Below are positions 48,383 to 57,868 of a stretch of DNA of 64,000 nt, in pieces. The DNA lies in contig JAEOSK010000012.1 in assembly GCA_016840405.1 (NCBI GenBank), positions 1-64,000 of the forward strand, given 5' to 3'. A program made the translations under genes and the position numbers. Numbering within the stretch: position 1 is the stretch's first letter; the number at the start of each line of letters is the position of its first letter. This stretch comes from Candidatus Hermodarchaeum yapensis. Its GTDB lineage: Archaea > Asgardarchaeota > Hermodarchaeia > Hermodarchaeales > Hermodarchaeaceae. The notes beneath the pieces were generated by a model. The model was given only the letters and a program-made list of their open reading frames with translations. It was not told where the DNA came from and did not search any database.

Positions 48383-48808
48383 ATGACAATTGACCAGCTA
48401 TTGGAGAAATTCCAGAAGATTATCTCTACTCCTGCCGAATCCCCTTCTCCTCCCTTTAATGAATCAGGGGAGACAGTGGAAATTCTCCTTCAAACTAATT
48501 CAATGCGAATCCTTGTAATCCGGGAATCCGTGAATCCTCAGACGGTGAACTTGGAAGTTGAAGTCTGGTTGCCAAATCGTAATCCCAACACTTTTGATAC
48601 AGAATCACAAACTGCAGAAACTGAACGGGATGATGAGGATCTTAGTACATCGCTTTCCAGAATGATTGATCATTTACAATACTTGCTTAAGCTGCAGCAA
48701 TCTGGATTCACTTTGGACGTGATAAAGCATGACTGTCTATGGACAGCATCGAAGTCCTTTACAGAGACGCCTTCGCGAGATCTCTTTGAACTCCTAGTTC
48801 CTCCTTGA
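48383..48808 (+). CDS. Hypothetical protein
   Basis: 141-aa ORF divergent from the upstream gene. Confidence 0.65.
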   Translation: MTIDQLLEKFQKIISTPAESPSPPFNESGETVEILLQTNSMRILVIRESVNPQTVNLEVEVWLPNRNPNTFDTESQTAETERDDEDLSTSLSRMIDHLQYLLKLQQSGFTLDVIKHDCLWTASKSFTETPSRDLFELLVPP

Positions 48809-48953
48809 TTTTTTAGAATGCAGCTATGATTTACTTTAAATGAGAGAACTTTCTCACAGAATATGTTCTTCGAGTAGAGCTCTAGCTGATCATTCCTCTG
48901 GTGTCAGCGGGCTAGCTTCCCCTACTCGCTTGGACGGTATCCACTGATTCCGG

Positions 48954-49928
48954 GTGTCTGCTGTGGACCAAATTGACAAGGGCATTTTTTACGCCTTGGA
49001 TGCCAATTGTCGTATTTCTTATGAGGACCTTGCACGTCGTTTTAACCTGAGTGCCAATGCAATTAAAAAGCGGGTTATGAAGCTCCAGGAATTGGGGGTC
49101 ATAAAACGATTTACCGTGTGGCTTAGTCTCGCTATGATTAACGCTGAAATGTTCGTCGCTATTGCTTCCACTGATAGTAATCAGAATGATGAAGCACTTA
49201 TCAACGCCATCGGGAATAGCCCCATGGTTCATCGTGTGGCTCCTCTAGCTAATGAGGATATCATGGTTTTTGGAGAATATGTTGGGGCAAAGGGACTTTC
49301 TCAACTTTGCCGATTTATTCGCGGCTTGGATGGCATTTCTGATATTGAAATTCATACATTACTCACTGATAAAGGGAGTCAAGTTCAACTAACGAAATTA
49401 CAATTACGTGTACTCCATCACCTCCGAGATGATGCCCGAATTTCAATTGTGGATCTCGCCAATCGAAGTGGATTAACCGCCCGAACCATTCGCCGCGTTC
49501 TTCATCAATTGGGTGCAGATAAAGGATCATATCGCGCTTTTGTATTAGATGATCGAATTAACCCAGAATATCGGGCATCACGAGAACCAGTTCATTTTCG
49601 AACAATCTGGAACTGGACAGCTGGAGCAAGTTTTTACTGTACAGCCCAGATGGTCTACAAAGAAACGAAAGGGAACCCTCAAACCTTATTTGTGTGGCTC
49701 CAAAAACAATTTCCTTTAGAGCATTGGTATGCCTATGCCTCGGCTTCTGAACCGATTTTATTCAGCAGATTTTTCCTCAATCGCATTGGAGATTTTGAAC
49801 CGATCGTACGAAAAATAAAACGCAATCCATCAGTAGAGAACCTGAAAACCCTGATATCTTATCCTCAACGCCATTTTCCAAGCCTCCGCGAACTCCGATT
49901 GGATGAAATGCTACAAGAATCTGGATAA
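48954..49928 (+). CDS. Tandem Lrp/AsnC-type transcriptional regulator
   Basis: Two HTH modules: DQIDKGIFYALDANCRISYEDLA and KLQLRVLHHLRDDARISIVDLA. Confidence 0.88.
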   Translation: MSAVDQIDKGIFYALDANCRISYEDLARRFNLSANAIKKRVMKLQELGVIKRFTVWLSLAMINAEMFVAIASTDSNQNDEALINAIGNSPMVHRVAPLANEDIMVFGEYVGAKGLSQLCRFIRGLDGISDIEIHTLLTDKGSQVQLTKLQLRVLHHLRDDARISIVDLANRSGLTARTIRRVLHQLGADKGSYRAFVLDDRINPEYRASREPVHFRTIWNWTAGASFYCTAQMVYKETKGNPQTLFVWLQKQFPLEHWYAYASASEPILFSRFFLNRIGDFEPIVRKIKRNPSVENLKTLISYPQRHFPSLRELRLDEMLQESG

Positions 49929-49953
49929 AAATTCCAGGTTAGTGAAAATGTGC

Positions 49954-50136
49954 TTAGGGGAGGCTGGGCATATAGGGTATAAACCAGTTCGCGCCTCCAA
50001 GCAATAGAAAGATGATTAAGATGATGATCATAAAGATTGCACAACATCCGAATACTCGGCGTCGAAGAGTTGACGGCTCAGCTTCTTCCCAGGCCTTCAT
50101 TTCCTCCTCATCAAAATCGTCATCGTTGTCAATCAA
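49954..50136 (-). CDS. Small single-TM protein with an acidic N-terminus
   Basis: GGTGAGG SD; DDDDFDEEE, RRR, CC, then a TM. Confidence 0.65.
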   Translation of the reverse strand: MIDNDDDFDEEEMKAWEEAEPSTLRRRVFGCCAIFMIIILIIFLLLGGANWFIPYMPSLP

Positions 50137-50326
50137 TATCTTACCTCACCCTTTCACAATGTAAACCTGTGTTTATGTTTTTTCAAACAGAACTCCTTAG
50201 ACCTCTCAGAACCGGTTTCAATTTTCCTTATGGTCTTCTTTCTAGTTCACCGTAGTATATTCTTTACTGATTTTACTTTGAACCATAATCTCAAAAAACT
50301 AGGAGCCCTGTATACTTTTTGTTTTT

Positions 50327-51067
50327 ATGATTGATTATAACGATTTGGCCCAGAAATATCTGCAACACCGTCGAGTGCATCCTCAAGTACTCAAGGAGCT
50401 TGTAAAGTCAAGTGGAATTACGAACAAGTCACAGGTACTTGAGATAGGATGTGGCACAGGTATTTACAGCATTGCCATTCAACAACAAGTTCCGATGAAA
50501 TGCTGGGCCATCGACCAATCTGAAGAAATGCTCAAAATAGCGGCTAGCCAATCTTCCACCATCACCTTCTTGCAGGGACGAGTTGAGGCGTTGAACTTTG
50601 AAGATAATTACTTCGATTTTGTCTTTTCAGTCGATGTAATCCATCATATAGAGGATATCATTCCTTATTTTGCAGAGGGTTTTCGTGTCCTAAAACCCGG
50701 TGGAAAAATCTGTTCGGTCACCGATTCTGAAGAAATCATTCAAAATCGCCGACCCTTGGCATTCTATTTTCCTGAAACCATTGATGTGGATCTGAAACGA
50801 TATCACTCAATCTACGTTTTACGCGCTCGTATGCAACAGGCTGGTTTTCGCGACATCCAACACACTCAAGTCGAATTTCCTTACGAAATTACAGACATCC
50901 AAGCGTATCGTGACAAAATCTTCTCCTGTCTGCATCTCATCTCACCCGAGTCCTATCAGAACGGCTTGAGCCGTATGGAACAAGACCTCTTAGACGGCCC
51001 GATAAAAGGCAATAGTCGGTATTCACTTCTCTGGGGTACGAAAAAGGCTCGAATTGTTTTTGTCTAG
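50327..51067 (+). CDS. Class I SAM-dependent methyltransferase
   Basis: VLEIGCGTG, FDFV, RVLKPGG. Confidence 0.92.
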   Translation: MIDYNDLAQKYLQHRRVHPQVLKELVKSSGITNKSQVLEIGCGTGIYSIAIQQQVPMKCWAIDQSEEMLKIAASQSSTITFLQGRVEALNFEDNYFDFVFSVDVIHHIEDIIPYFAEGFRVLKPGGKICSVTDSEEIIQNRRPLAFYFPETIDVDLKRYHSIYVLRARMQQAGFRDIQHTQVEFPYEITDIQAYRDKIFSCLHLISPESYQNGLSRMEQDLLDGPIKGNSRYSLLWGTKKARIVFV

Positions 51068-51088
51068 AATCATTTTGCTTCTCATTTC

Positions 51089-51676
51089 TTAGAGACCAAG
51101 TAATTGCAAGAGAAATTGACCTAGATAAATCGCAGACACAAGAATTGAGAGAATTGTTCCAATAATTCCCACCCAACGGAGCGTGGTAGGCCATCCTGTC
51201 GAATAGCCCATCATATAGCCCGAATCTTGAACTGGATCTGGTGGCACTCCTCTCGGAGACATACCTGGGGGGCCAAAGGCATCATAGGCAGGGTAAATCT
51301 GTAAATCAACCACATCGTGCATTATTAACTCTGAGAGCGCCCGTACAAACGCGACGTGTCGTAAACCTACGCTTCGAGCGGCGGATGAAATCCGTGTTGG
51401 CTCCGTGACATGACTGACAATCCCCAGGATGAGTTGGGCACGGTCTTTCTTCTCATACTGACGAGCGGCCATCATCACCGCAATGAACACAAAAATCAGA
51501 ATCAACCCTACGGGGAAGATAAGTGCGGATAATCCGAACTCAAAATAAAGGAGGGGAATAAGGACGCCGCCAAACATGAAGGGCATGAAAAATCCCAACA
51601 CGCTCAAATATATCATCGCTTTGCCATCGAGGCTAGCAGAATAAGATTGCCACTGGTTATCAGATACTTCTGCCAC
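51089..51676 (-). CDS. Membrane protein with a central winged-helix (PCI-like) segment
   Basis: 2 TMs, then TRISSAARSVGL...LSELIMHDVVDLQI, then 1 TM. Confidence 0.65.
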   Translation of the reverse strand: MAEVSDNQWQSYSASLDGKAMIYLSVLGFFMPFMFGGVLIPLLYFEFGLSALIFPVGLILIFVFIAVMMAARQYEKKDRAQLILGIVSHVTEPTRISSAARSVGLRHVAFVRALSELIMHDVVDLQIYPAYDAFGPPGMSPRGVPPDPVQDSGYMMGYSTGWPTTLRWVGIIGTILSILVSAIYLGQFLLQLLGL

Positions 51677-51918
51677 CTTTCATTAACCCCACAAGAGTAA
51701 TTGAAAAAAAGAACATATACTTTTTGACCGCTTCTCCAAGACTGCTAACGTGTTGCAGTATTCAAAGAATCCAACACTTCAGGTGAGATTTCTTGCCAAT
51801 ATCTGAACTGGGCTTTTCGGAAAACGGTTCATGAACCTTCCAAACAGAGCGATTCAGAACCTTGAGCGTACCCTAACTTTATACTTATCAATTCAGTTGA
51901 AAGTTCCTTGTAGGATGG

Positions 51919-53121
51919 TTGACTATGGCGATTCAAAAGTTAGCTCTATTAGCTCTTCTCTCCTTACTCCTTGTTTCGCTGAGTACCCCGAGTCAGCTCC
52001 AAGCTGTCGCACAGCCTACTGAACCTGATTATTGGCCGACCACTGACTGGCAAACTGCTTCTCCCGAATCACAAGGACTTGATTCTTCATGGCTGTTGCG
52101 TATGGAGAACTACATCAATGAAGCGTTTATCTCTAATCCACTTCGATCCATTCTCGTCGTTCGCCACGGGTATCTTGTCTATGAAAATTACTTCGGTACT
52201 CCGGAAATGGAGAACCAGACAAACAATATCTTCTCTTGTACAAAGAGCGTGACCTCCTCCCTTATTGGCATTGCAGTCTCACAGGGATACTTGAACATCA
52301 ATGAATATCTCGTTGACTTCTTTCCCAACATGACCATCGAAAATTTGGACAGCCGAAAACAGGCCATCACCGTTGAACACCTCCTCACCATGACTTCTGG
52401 TCTGCCTTGGGATGAATGGTCCTATCCTTACGGTAGTCCCCTAAACGACTGGGATCAGATGACAGGAAGTCCTAACTGGGTGGAGTTTGTAATCAACCGT
52501 CCCATGGATTATGCCCCTGGTGAACAGTGGGTCTACAACACTGGTGGATCTCATCTCCTCTCTGCTGTTCTCACCCAAGCAACCAATCTCTCTGCCTTAA
52601 GCTTCGCTGAAACTCATCTTTTCGGACCACTAGGTATCAATGACTATGCCTGGAACGATGATCCACAAGGTATTCACAATGGCGGGTCGGCTCTTCGTCT
52701 GCGAGCACGTGATATGGCAAAATTTGGATTTCTCTATCTTCATAATGGAACCTGGGATGGCGAGGAAATCCTTCCTGCTTCATGGGTAACTGCTTCTTCT
52801 GCACATCACGCTACTGTTGACAGTCAAACACAATATGGCTATCAATGGTGGATTCATCCCTCGATTGACACTTATGCAGCCCACGGACACCAGAATCAGC
52901 ATATCTTTGTCATTCCACACCTCGATATGGTCGTCGTCTTCACCGCACGAAGTACACATCTCGATGTGTTTCTATTCCTTGAAGACTATATCCTCCCTGC
53001 TGCCATTCCACCAATGATGGATCCTCTCCTAATAATGGGCTTGCTGGTTACTGGCAGCCTCGTGGGAGTTGTTGTCATAGTGAGCTTTGTTGTTTATTGG
53101 AGAAAGAAGAACCAACCCTGA
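51919..53121 (+). CDS. Serine hydrolase, beta-lactamase/AmpC-like family, membrane-anchored
   Basis: SCTK (SxxK), LLTMTSG, YNT, signal peptide and C-terminal TM. Confidence 0.92.
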   Translation: MTMAIQKLALLALLSLLLVSLSTPSQLQAVAQPTEPDYWPTTDWQTASPESQGLDSSWLLRMENYINEAFISNPLRSILVVRHGYLVYENYFGTPEMENQTNNIFSCTKSVTSSLIGIAVSQGYLNINEYLVDFFPNMTIENLDSRKQAITVEHLLTMTSGLPWDEWSYPYGSPLNDWDQMTGSPNWVEFVINRPMDYAPGEQWVYNTGGSHLLSAVLTQATNLSALSFAETHLFGPLGINDYAWNDDPQGIHNGGSALRLRARDMAKFGFLYLHNGTWDGEEILPASWVTASSAHHATVDSQTQYGYQWWIHPSIDTYAAHGHQNQHIFVIPHLDMVVVFTARSTHLDVFLFLEDYILPAAIPPMMDPLLIMGLLVTGSLVGVVVIVSFVVYWRKKNQP

Positions 53122-53135
53122 ATATCACAAAGTGA

Positions 53136-53888
53136 CTACCAGATAACACTCTTCCCTGTGTTATTGAACTGATGCCAGTCTTTCTCCGCGAACACTAATC
53201 CTTCCAAAATCTTCGAATTGTCAAGAGCTGACAAAGTTTCTACAGGATGCCAATGAAGTTCACGATTAGTCCACTCATCATTTCCTGGAACCGGTTTTGT
53301 GACATCTGGCTGTTCTTCAGCAATAGCGAGGAGAAGCAACACTGAACCAACCGGAGTGTAAAGATCCGCGGTAATTGCTATCAAGAGTGTATCTTCTCGA
53401 AGTGCAATATGTACCTCCTCCGTTATTTCTCGCATACACGCTTGCCAAAATGGTCTTTCAACGTCCTCAACATCCAACATCCCACCGGGTGAACCTAAGA
53501 ATTGTGGACAATGCATATGGTCCTTAGTTCGCTCCCCAAACAGTAAATATCGTTTATCTGGTGACAGAATAATGGCTTGGACGCCCAACACCCCATACGG
53601 CTCTAACCTAATGTTAGTCTCCAACAAGGTTTGGACTCGCGAAAAACGGATACACCCCATTTGTAATTCAAGGCGTTCCTCAATGACGGAGAAATTTTCG
53701 AGTCTTAACAACATCCCATCATATGCTTTCGGGTGCTGTACAATAATTTCCTGCCAGAGCTTCTTCCTCCTTTGCTCCAACTCTTTTGGAAAAGTAGTTT
53801 CAGAATCTGATGTAAGCTGCCAATCCACATTTTCCGTTTTAGTTTGCCCCTGCCAATAGATGACTAACACAAAAACCATTTCCCCCAC
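53136..53888 (-). CDS. NUDIX-fold hydrolase
   Basis: PGGMLD...CMREITEEV degenerate Nudix box. Confidence 0.8.
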   Translation of the reverse strand: MGEMVFVLVIYWQGQTKTENVDWQLTSDSETTFPKELEQRRKKLWQEIIVQHPKAYDGMLLRLENFSVIEERLELQMGCIRFSRVQTLLETNIRLEPYGVLGVQAIILSPDKRYLLFGERTKDHMHCPQFLGSPGGMLDVEDVERPFWQACMREITEEVHIALREDTLLIAITADLYTPVGSVLLLLAIAEEQPDVTKPVPGNDEWTNRELHWHPVETLSALDNSKILEGLVFAEKDWHQFNNTGKSVIW

Positions 53889-54161
53889 ATATTAACACGA
53901 TATGCAATTATCTCATTCAAAGTAAGAACATCCGGCTATTGGAAATCATTACCATCCAAATGGGGCAACCTTGAATGATTTCTCGTCGTCCTTATATTTT
54001 GCCTCCACTTCATGGCACCTTCACAAAATTGTTATAAATGCGGTGTAGCCTTGAAACCACCATAATACATCACAGTCGTGATACTGTATGGCTCCAAAGC
54101 TCCTCCTCTTGAAATCCCTGCGGTGCCAACATGAGAGACACCGGAAGAGGTCGAAAGAATA

Positions 54162-54557
54162 ATGAAATTTGAAACAGGAGAATTAACACATTCTGTTATT
54201 GAAGGAATTTTCAATAGTCTGCCTGTTGACATCACCTTTGTCGACACCGAGGATACCGTTCGCTTTTACAGCGAATCCGGTGGACGCATCTTCCCACGCA
54301 GCAAAGCCGTCATTGGACGAAGTGTCCAAGCCTGCCACCCCAAACAAAGCGTCCATAAAGTCCAACAAATCCTCGACGATTTCCGAGCTGGTAAACGGAA
54401 CACCGCAGAATTCTGGATCAATCTCAAAGGACGAATGATCTACATTCGCTATTTTGCTGTCCGGAACCAAAGCGGCGAGTACCAAGGCTGCCTGGAAGTC
54501 ACACAAGACATCACAGACATCCAAGCCCTCACTGGTGAAAAACGACTTCTAGATTAA
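54162..54557 (+). CDS. Stand-alone PAS domain protein (DUF438-associated type)
   Basis: LPVDITFVD, RIFPRS, IGRSVQACHP..S, EFWI, YIRYFAVR, GCLEVTQDIT. Confidence 0.9.
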   Translation: MKFETGELTHSVIEGIFNSLPVDITFVDTEDTVRFYSESGGRIFPRSKAVIGRSVQACHPKQSVHKVQQILDDFRAGKRNTAEFWINLKGRMIYIRYFAVRNQSGEYQGCLEVTQDITDIQALTGEKRLLD

Positions 54558-54598
54558 CTAAAACAGAAATAATACCATTAATCCTTATTTGCTTTTAT

Positions 54599-54706
54599 TT
54601 ACAGATGTCTGCAACATTTGTGCTTTCCCGAATAGCAAAAAATGGCAACAAGTACGAGAATGCCAACAACAAGCAGAAGCCCTATTATCAACTCTTCTAC
54701 AAGCAT
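54599..54706 (-). CDS. Unannotated 35-aa single-TM microprotein
   Basis: MLVEELIIGLLLVVGILVLVAIFCYSGKHKCCRHL, preceded by GAGGTG; fills an intergenic gap. Confidence 0.6.
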   Translation of the reverse strand: MLVEELIIGLLLVVGILVLVAIFCYSGKHKCCRHL

Positions 54707-54804
54707 AACCACCTCAACCCTCTGAAGTGTTTCTAGATGCTGTTAATTTCAACATGGGATTTCTTTATTTTTACTCGTTGCACATAGACTGGTAGAATTT
54801 AGGA

Positions 54805-55938
54805 GTGGGATCGATGAAGCCGCTGTCTCTTCAGGATGTAAATCATTATATTATTGGTGCAAAGGTTCTAGCGTGTGGTGGCGGGGGAAGCGAAAGAACC
54901 GCACAGAAACGAATCAAGGAAATCTATGAAAGAGATGACTGTTTCCAAATGGTGACACTAGATGAGGCACCTGATGATGAACTCTTTTTCATTGTAGGTA
55001 GTGTAGGGGGCGGAGTCAGTGTAACCGCTCAGAAGGCAGTAGCCAAGCTTCCACGGATCAAGACTGATCTCTATGTTGAAGCCGCCCAGCGACTGGCAGA
55101 ACATCTTGGGCGTGAACCCTTTGGCTTTATTGCCACCGAGATTGGACCAGGAAATGGAGTAGTCCCCATGTATGTAGCAGCAAAGATGGGAAAGGTGTTC
55201 ATGGATGGGGATTGTTGTGGTCGAGCGAAACCTGAAATCGCAATCTCGACAACGAACCTTGCTGGATTGCCAATAACTCCGCTAAGCATGGTTTCACCAT
55301 TTGGGGACTTACTCATTTTAAAGACCGCTGTGGATGATGCTCGAGCTGAAGTAATTGCTAGACATGTAGCAATTGCCTCGGGTGGCACTGTAGGAGTGGC
55401 CCGGTGTCCGGCGACTGGTCGAGATTACCGCCAGGCTGCTATTGCTGGTACTGCCACACGGTGTATTCAGCTAGGTCAAGCAATGAATGAAACTCGTGAA
55501 GAAGATGGCAATGTGGTTGAGCGAATATTATCTGAAACTGGGGGAATCAATCTTTTTTCAGGTAAGATAACACAAGCTCAGATTACTGATGCCGGTGGTT
55601 TTACGACTGGTTCAGTTGAGATAAGTGGTCGTGTTCAAGAAGGAAAATGGCAAGGGCGGGATGGAACTGTCCGTGTATGGTGTAAAAATGAGTATCTTGC
55701 GATGTGGTTTAATGACACACCTATGGCTTCTTCTCCTGATTCAATTTGTGTCGTCGATACAACAACCGGAGAGGGAATCGCCATCAATAATGTTGAATTG
55801 AAAACTGGTCGTCATGTTACAGTGATTGGTATCCCAGCAGCACCACAATGGCAAACTGCAGAGGGTATCAAACTGTTTGGCCCATCACACTTCCAATTGC
55901 AAATGGAGTATACACCAATTGAGAAACATCAGTCTTAG
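54805..55938 (+). CDS. DUF917 family protein
   Basis: GAKVLACGGGG, EIGPGN, DGDCCGRAKPE, PDSIC. Confidence 0.88.
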   Translation: MGSMKPLSLQDVNHYIIGAKVLACGGGGSERTAQKRIKEIYERDDCFQMVTLDEAPDDELFFIVGSVGGGVSVTAQKAVAKLPRIKTDLYVEAAQRLAEHLGREPFGFIATEIGPGNGVVPMYVAAKMGKVFMDGDCCGRAKPEIAISTTNLAGLPITPLSMVSPFGDLLILKTAVDDARAEVIARHVAIASGGTVGVARCPATGRDYRQAAIAGTATRCIQLGQAMNETREEDGNVVERILSETGGINLFSGKITQAQITDAGGFTTGSVEISGRVQEGKWQGRDGTVRVWCKNEYLAMWFNDTPMASSPDSICVVDTTTGEGIAINNVELKTGRHVTVIGIPAAPQWQTAEGIKLFGPSHFQLQMEYTPIEKHQS

Positions 55939-56042
55939 TTTCTTAGAGATTCATGCACTTGGTTTCTCGTAATTTTCTAGATGAAGGGAAAGGATAAGTT
56001 AGAGCAGGTTCAAAACATGGTAAATTTTGCTAGAGGTCGAAT

Positions 56043-56636
56043 ATGAAAATGAAAGTCTCGTTAGGTCCAGGTACTCTGGCATATCCAACACCTGTCTTCG
56101 TAGTCGGCACATATGATAAGACTGGAAAACCCAATCTGATGACTGCCGCATGGGGTGGCATCTGCTGTTCCAAACCACCCTGTGTAGCTATTGCCCTGCG
56201 AGAAGCCACCTACTCTTATAGTAACATCATGGAGCAGAAGGCTTTCACCATTAACATTCCCTCCGAGGATATGGTCAAAGAAGCCGATTACGTCGGTATA
56301 GTTTCGGGTAAAACAGAAAACAAGTTTGAAACCTTGGGACTCACACCTGTGAAAAGCGAACTGGTCAATGCCCCCTACGTTGACGAATTTCCTTTCGTGT
56401 TAGAATGTAAACTTTTACATATCCTCGAAATCGGACGTCACACCCAATTTGTCGGTGAAATCCTCGATGCCAAAGTCGAACCAGCAGTGCAAGCGTCAAA
56501 CAATAACCCTGATCCCCTCAAAATGAAACCCTTCTACTTCGATCCCGGAACGCGTGGCTACTACTCAACCGGTAAACGCATTGGTGACGCATTCGGAATC
56601 GGAAAAGAACTGAAGAAAGAATCTACTTTTACGTAA
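56043..56636 (+). CDS. Flavin reductase-like FMN-binding protein (flavoredoxin type)
   Basis: [28 protein letters not shown]. Confidence 0.9.
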   Translation: MKMKVSLGPGTLAYPTPVFVVGTYDKTGKPNLMTAAWGGICCSKPPCVAIALREATYSYSNIMEQKAFTINIPSEDMVKEADYVGIVSGKTENKFETLGLTPVKSELVNAPYVDEFPFVLECKLLHILEIGRHTQFVGEILDAKVEPAVQASNNNPDPLKMKPFYFDPGTRGYYSTGKRIGDAFGIGKELKKESTFT

Positions 56637-56679
56637 CCGCTGCTAACAATTTTCAGGTCAAATTCTGCCAGTCGATTGT

Positions 56680-57618
56680 TTATGCATCTGCAATACCTTG
56701 GGGTACAATCGTAAACAATGCTTCACCCTCAGGAAGATACGGCGAGTCAATTAAAGTTGCAATCCGTCGCTCTGCCTTACTCTTGCGTAGATAAATCCGC
56801 GTCTGAGCCGCATGCGCCACAATATGCCCTCCAGTCGGTCTATCCGGCGCACCGAAAAAAACGTCAGGCTGGGAGTGGACTTGATTAGTTGTCACGACAC
56901 AGACGTTGCAGACTTCGGCGAGTCGGAGGAGGTCGTGGAGGTGTTTGTTGAGTTTTTGTTGGCGTTCGGCGAGCATGCCGCGGCCGAGGTATTCGGCGCG
57001 GAAGTGGCCGATGAGGCTGTCGACGATGAGGAGTCGGACTTTTTCGAATTGGGGGTTGTCTTGGATTTGTTGGACGAGGAGCATTTGGTGGTCGCTGTTG
57101 TAGGCGCGGCCGACGATGATGTTTTTGAGGGCTTGGTTGGGGGGGACGTTTTTGTCTTGGGCCATGTTGATGATGCGTTCGGGACGGAAGGTGCCTTCGG
57201 TGTCGATGTAGGCGGCTTTGGCGGCGCATCCGCCTTGATCGGGGGGCAGTTGGACGCTGACGCAGATTTGGTGGCAGATTTGGGTTTTTCCTGAGCGGAA
57301 GGCTCCGGCGAATTCGGTCATGGAACCAGTTTCAAGACCACCGCCAAGGAGTGCATCGAGTTCACGGCTGTTGGTAGTGATGCGTTCAATGGTTTGGCGT
57401 TTTTTCCAGAGTTGATCCGCGGTTTCTAGCCCGATGCTGGCGAGACGTTGGGCGGATTCGATAATCTTTTGGGCTGTGTTAGCGCCGATGCCTGCGAGGC
57501 TAGTGAGTTCTTTGACGGAGGCTGCGGCGATGCCTTCGATGGTGCGGAAGCCGCATTCTTCGAGTTTTTGGGCGACGGTGGGTCCGACGCCATCGATTTT
57601 TTCGAGTTCTGAGGGCAT
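56680..57618 (-). CDS. radA: DNA repair and recombination protein RadA
   Basis: HhH N-terminal domain, GAFRSGKTQ, YIDTEGTFRPERI, LLIVDS, GRGMLAERQQKL, TNQV, GGHIVAH. Confidence 0.93.
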   Translation of the reverse strand: MPSELEKIDGVGPTVAQKLEECGFRTIEGIAAASVKELTSLAGIGANTAQKIIESAQRLASIGLETADQLWKKRQTIERITTNSRELDALLGGGLETGSMTEFAGAFRSGKTQICHQICVSVQLPPDQGGCAAKAAYIDTEGTFRPERIINMAQDKNVPPNQALKNIIVGRAYNSDHQMLLVQQIQDNPQFEKVRLLIVDSLIGHFRAEYLGRGMLAERQQKLNKHLHDLLRLAEVCNVCVVTTNQVHSQPDVFFGAPDRPTGGHIVAHAAQTRIYLRKSKAERRIATLIDSPYLPEGEALFTIVPQGIADA

Positions 57619-57666
57619 GGTTCTTCCATCCGATGATTGGTGCATGATGGGATTCAGACAGAGTGA

Positions 57667-57822
57667 GTGGGGAGACCTTGCCGAAAGTATTCAGACACGA
57701 GGCAAGGGGAATCACACACCGGTGATTGTGTACTGTGTCCCCTATTATACGTACTGGTCTTTTAGCGAGAGGTGTCCAACCCACGTGTTTATTCTTTCCT
57801 CATCAGAATCGGGGCTTTATAA
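57667..57822 (-). promoter_or_regulatory. radA promoter (TTATAAA) and structured 5' leader
   Basis: TTATAAA on the minus strand at 57822-57816; nested complementary segments across 57667-57784. Confidence 0.5.
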
Positions 57823-57868
57823 TCCTTAGACACCCCGCAATGAAAGTGAAAATAATAAATCCTATCTT

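Noticed and set aside
51919-53121. Beta-lactamase as an antibiotic-resistance gene
   Set aside because: Generic SxxK serine hydrolase family; substrate unknown
56812-57829. Several 65-160 aa ORFs overlapping radA on both strands
   Set aside because: Shadow ORFs produced by the strongly C/A-biased codon usage of radA; no protein-like motifs
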